Source: Octopus vulgaris (taxonomy: Eukaryota). Taken from it: a stretch of DNA of 64,000 nucleotides. The notes under the pieces are model-generated. The model saw nothing but the letters and a program-made list of their open reading frames with translations. It was not told the DNA's origin and did not search any database. The stretch is from assembly GCA_951406725.2 (NCBI GenBank), contig OX597822.1, forward strand, positions 55,118,001 to 55,182,000. Reading direction: 5' to 3'. This document shows, one piece after another, positions 62,600 to 64,000 of this stretch. Each line of letters starts with the position of its first letter. Positions within the stretch are counted from its first letter, which is position 1. A program made the position numbers and the translations under genes.

Positions 62600-62940
62600 A
62601 ATGTACACGTTTCTGCTATTCACATTCTGCAGACTCGTGTTAGCACTAGTGGGGCCTCAGCAGATCAAGCCCGACCAGAAATACCTCGCATCACCACAAC
62701 CAGCCAAGGTCGCCATATTCTGAGACGACGTGTGTAGGAGAGGTTTCAGATATCAACGAATGCAACTCCGCAGCTGTCTGGTGACCTTCAACAATGTGTC
62801 AGCATCAATACTATCTGGCATCGACGTCTCAATGAGAATGGCTTGGCAAACAAAAGTCATCTAATAGGTATAGCTTTGACTGAATGATATCGCAGCAATG
62901 AAAGTTTGATGTGAAAGTTGCTCTCGATTACATGAAGATA
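62600..62940 (+). mobile_element. Tc1-like transposase fragment
   Basis: RP.IPRITTTSQGRHILR..RFQ..VSINTI..RLNENGL with an in-frame stop resembles the Tc1 DNA-binding region. Confidence 0.6.
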
Positions 62941-63030
62941 ACGCCTATGTAGGGCAAGTGTCTTCTATTATAGCCTCGGGCCGACCAAGTGGATTTGGTA
63001 GACGGAAACTGAAAGAAGCCCATCGTATAC

Positions 63031-64000
<970 letters not shown>

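Overview
This is AT-rich, microsatellite- and SINE-dense eukaryotic DNA. The SINE types and repeat landscape suggest an octopus or other coleoid cephalopod; that is an inference. Two spliced genes, mostly invisible in the ORF track, were rebuilt by hand from GT-AG boundaries and frame phase, and they lie tail-to-tail. (1) On the + strand, the 3' 14 coding exons (451-25291, about 693 aa) of a BUB1/MadBub spindle-checkpoint kinase, with CD1, ABBA, STP, KARD and an intact kinase domain. (2) On the - strand, the 3' 11 coding exons (58459-32152, 445 aa) of a TRPA1-family channel, covering pre-S1, S1-S6, the TRP-like helix and the coiled coil. This TRPA1 is unusual: the selectivity-filter Gly is absent, two of the four S2-S3 Ca2+ ligands are replaced, the C665/K671 equivalents are lost, and it natively carries the N855S equivalent. 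Introns and the intergenic region hold Penelope-like fragments, several hammerhead-ribozyme motifs, Merlin-like elements with 8-bp TSDs, foldback MITEs carrying telomeric hexamers, Helitrons, mariner/Tc1/piggyBac/L1 relics, a perfect 115-bp palindrome and a 281-bp tandem array. Human residue numbers and reference motifs are recalled from memory and need checking by alignment.
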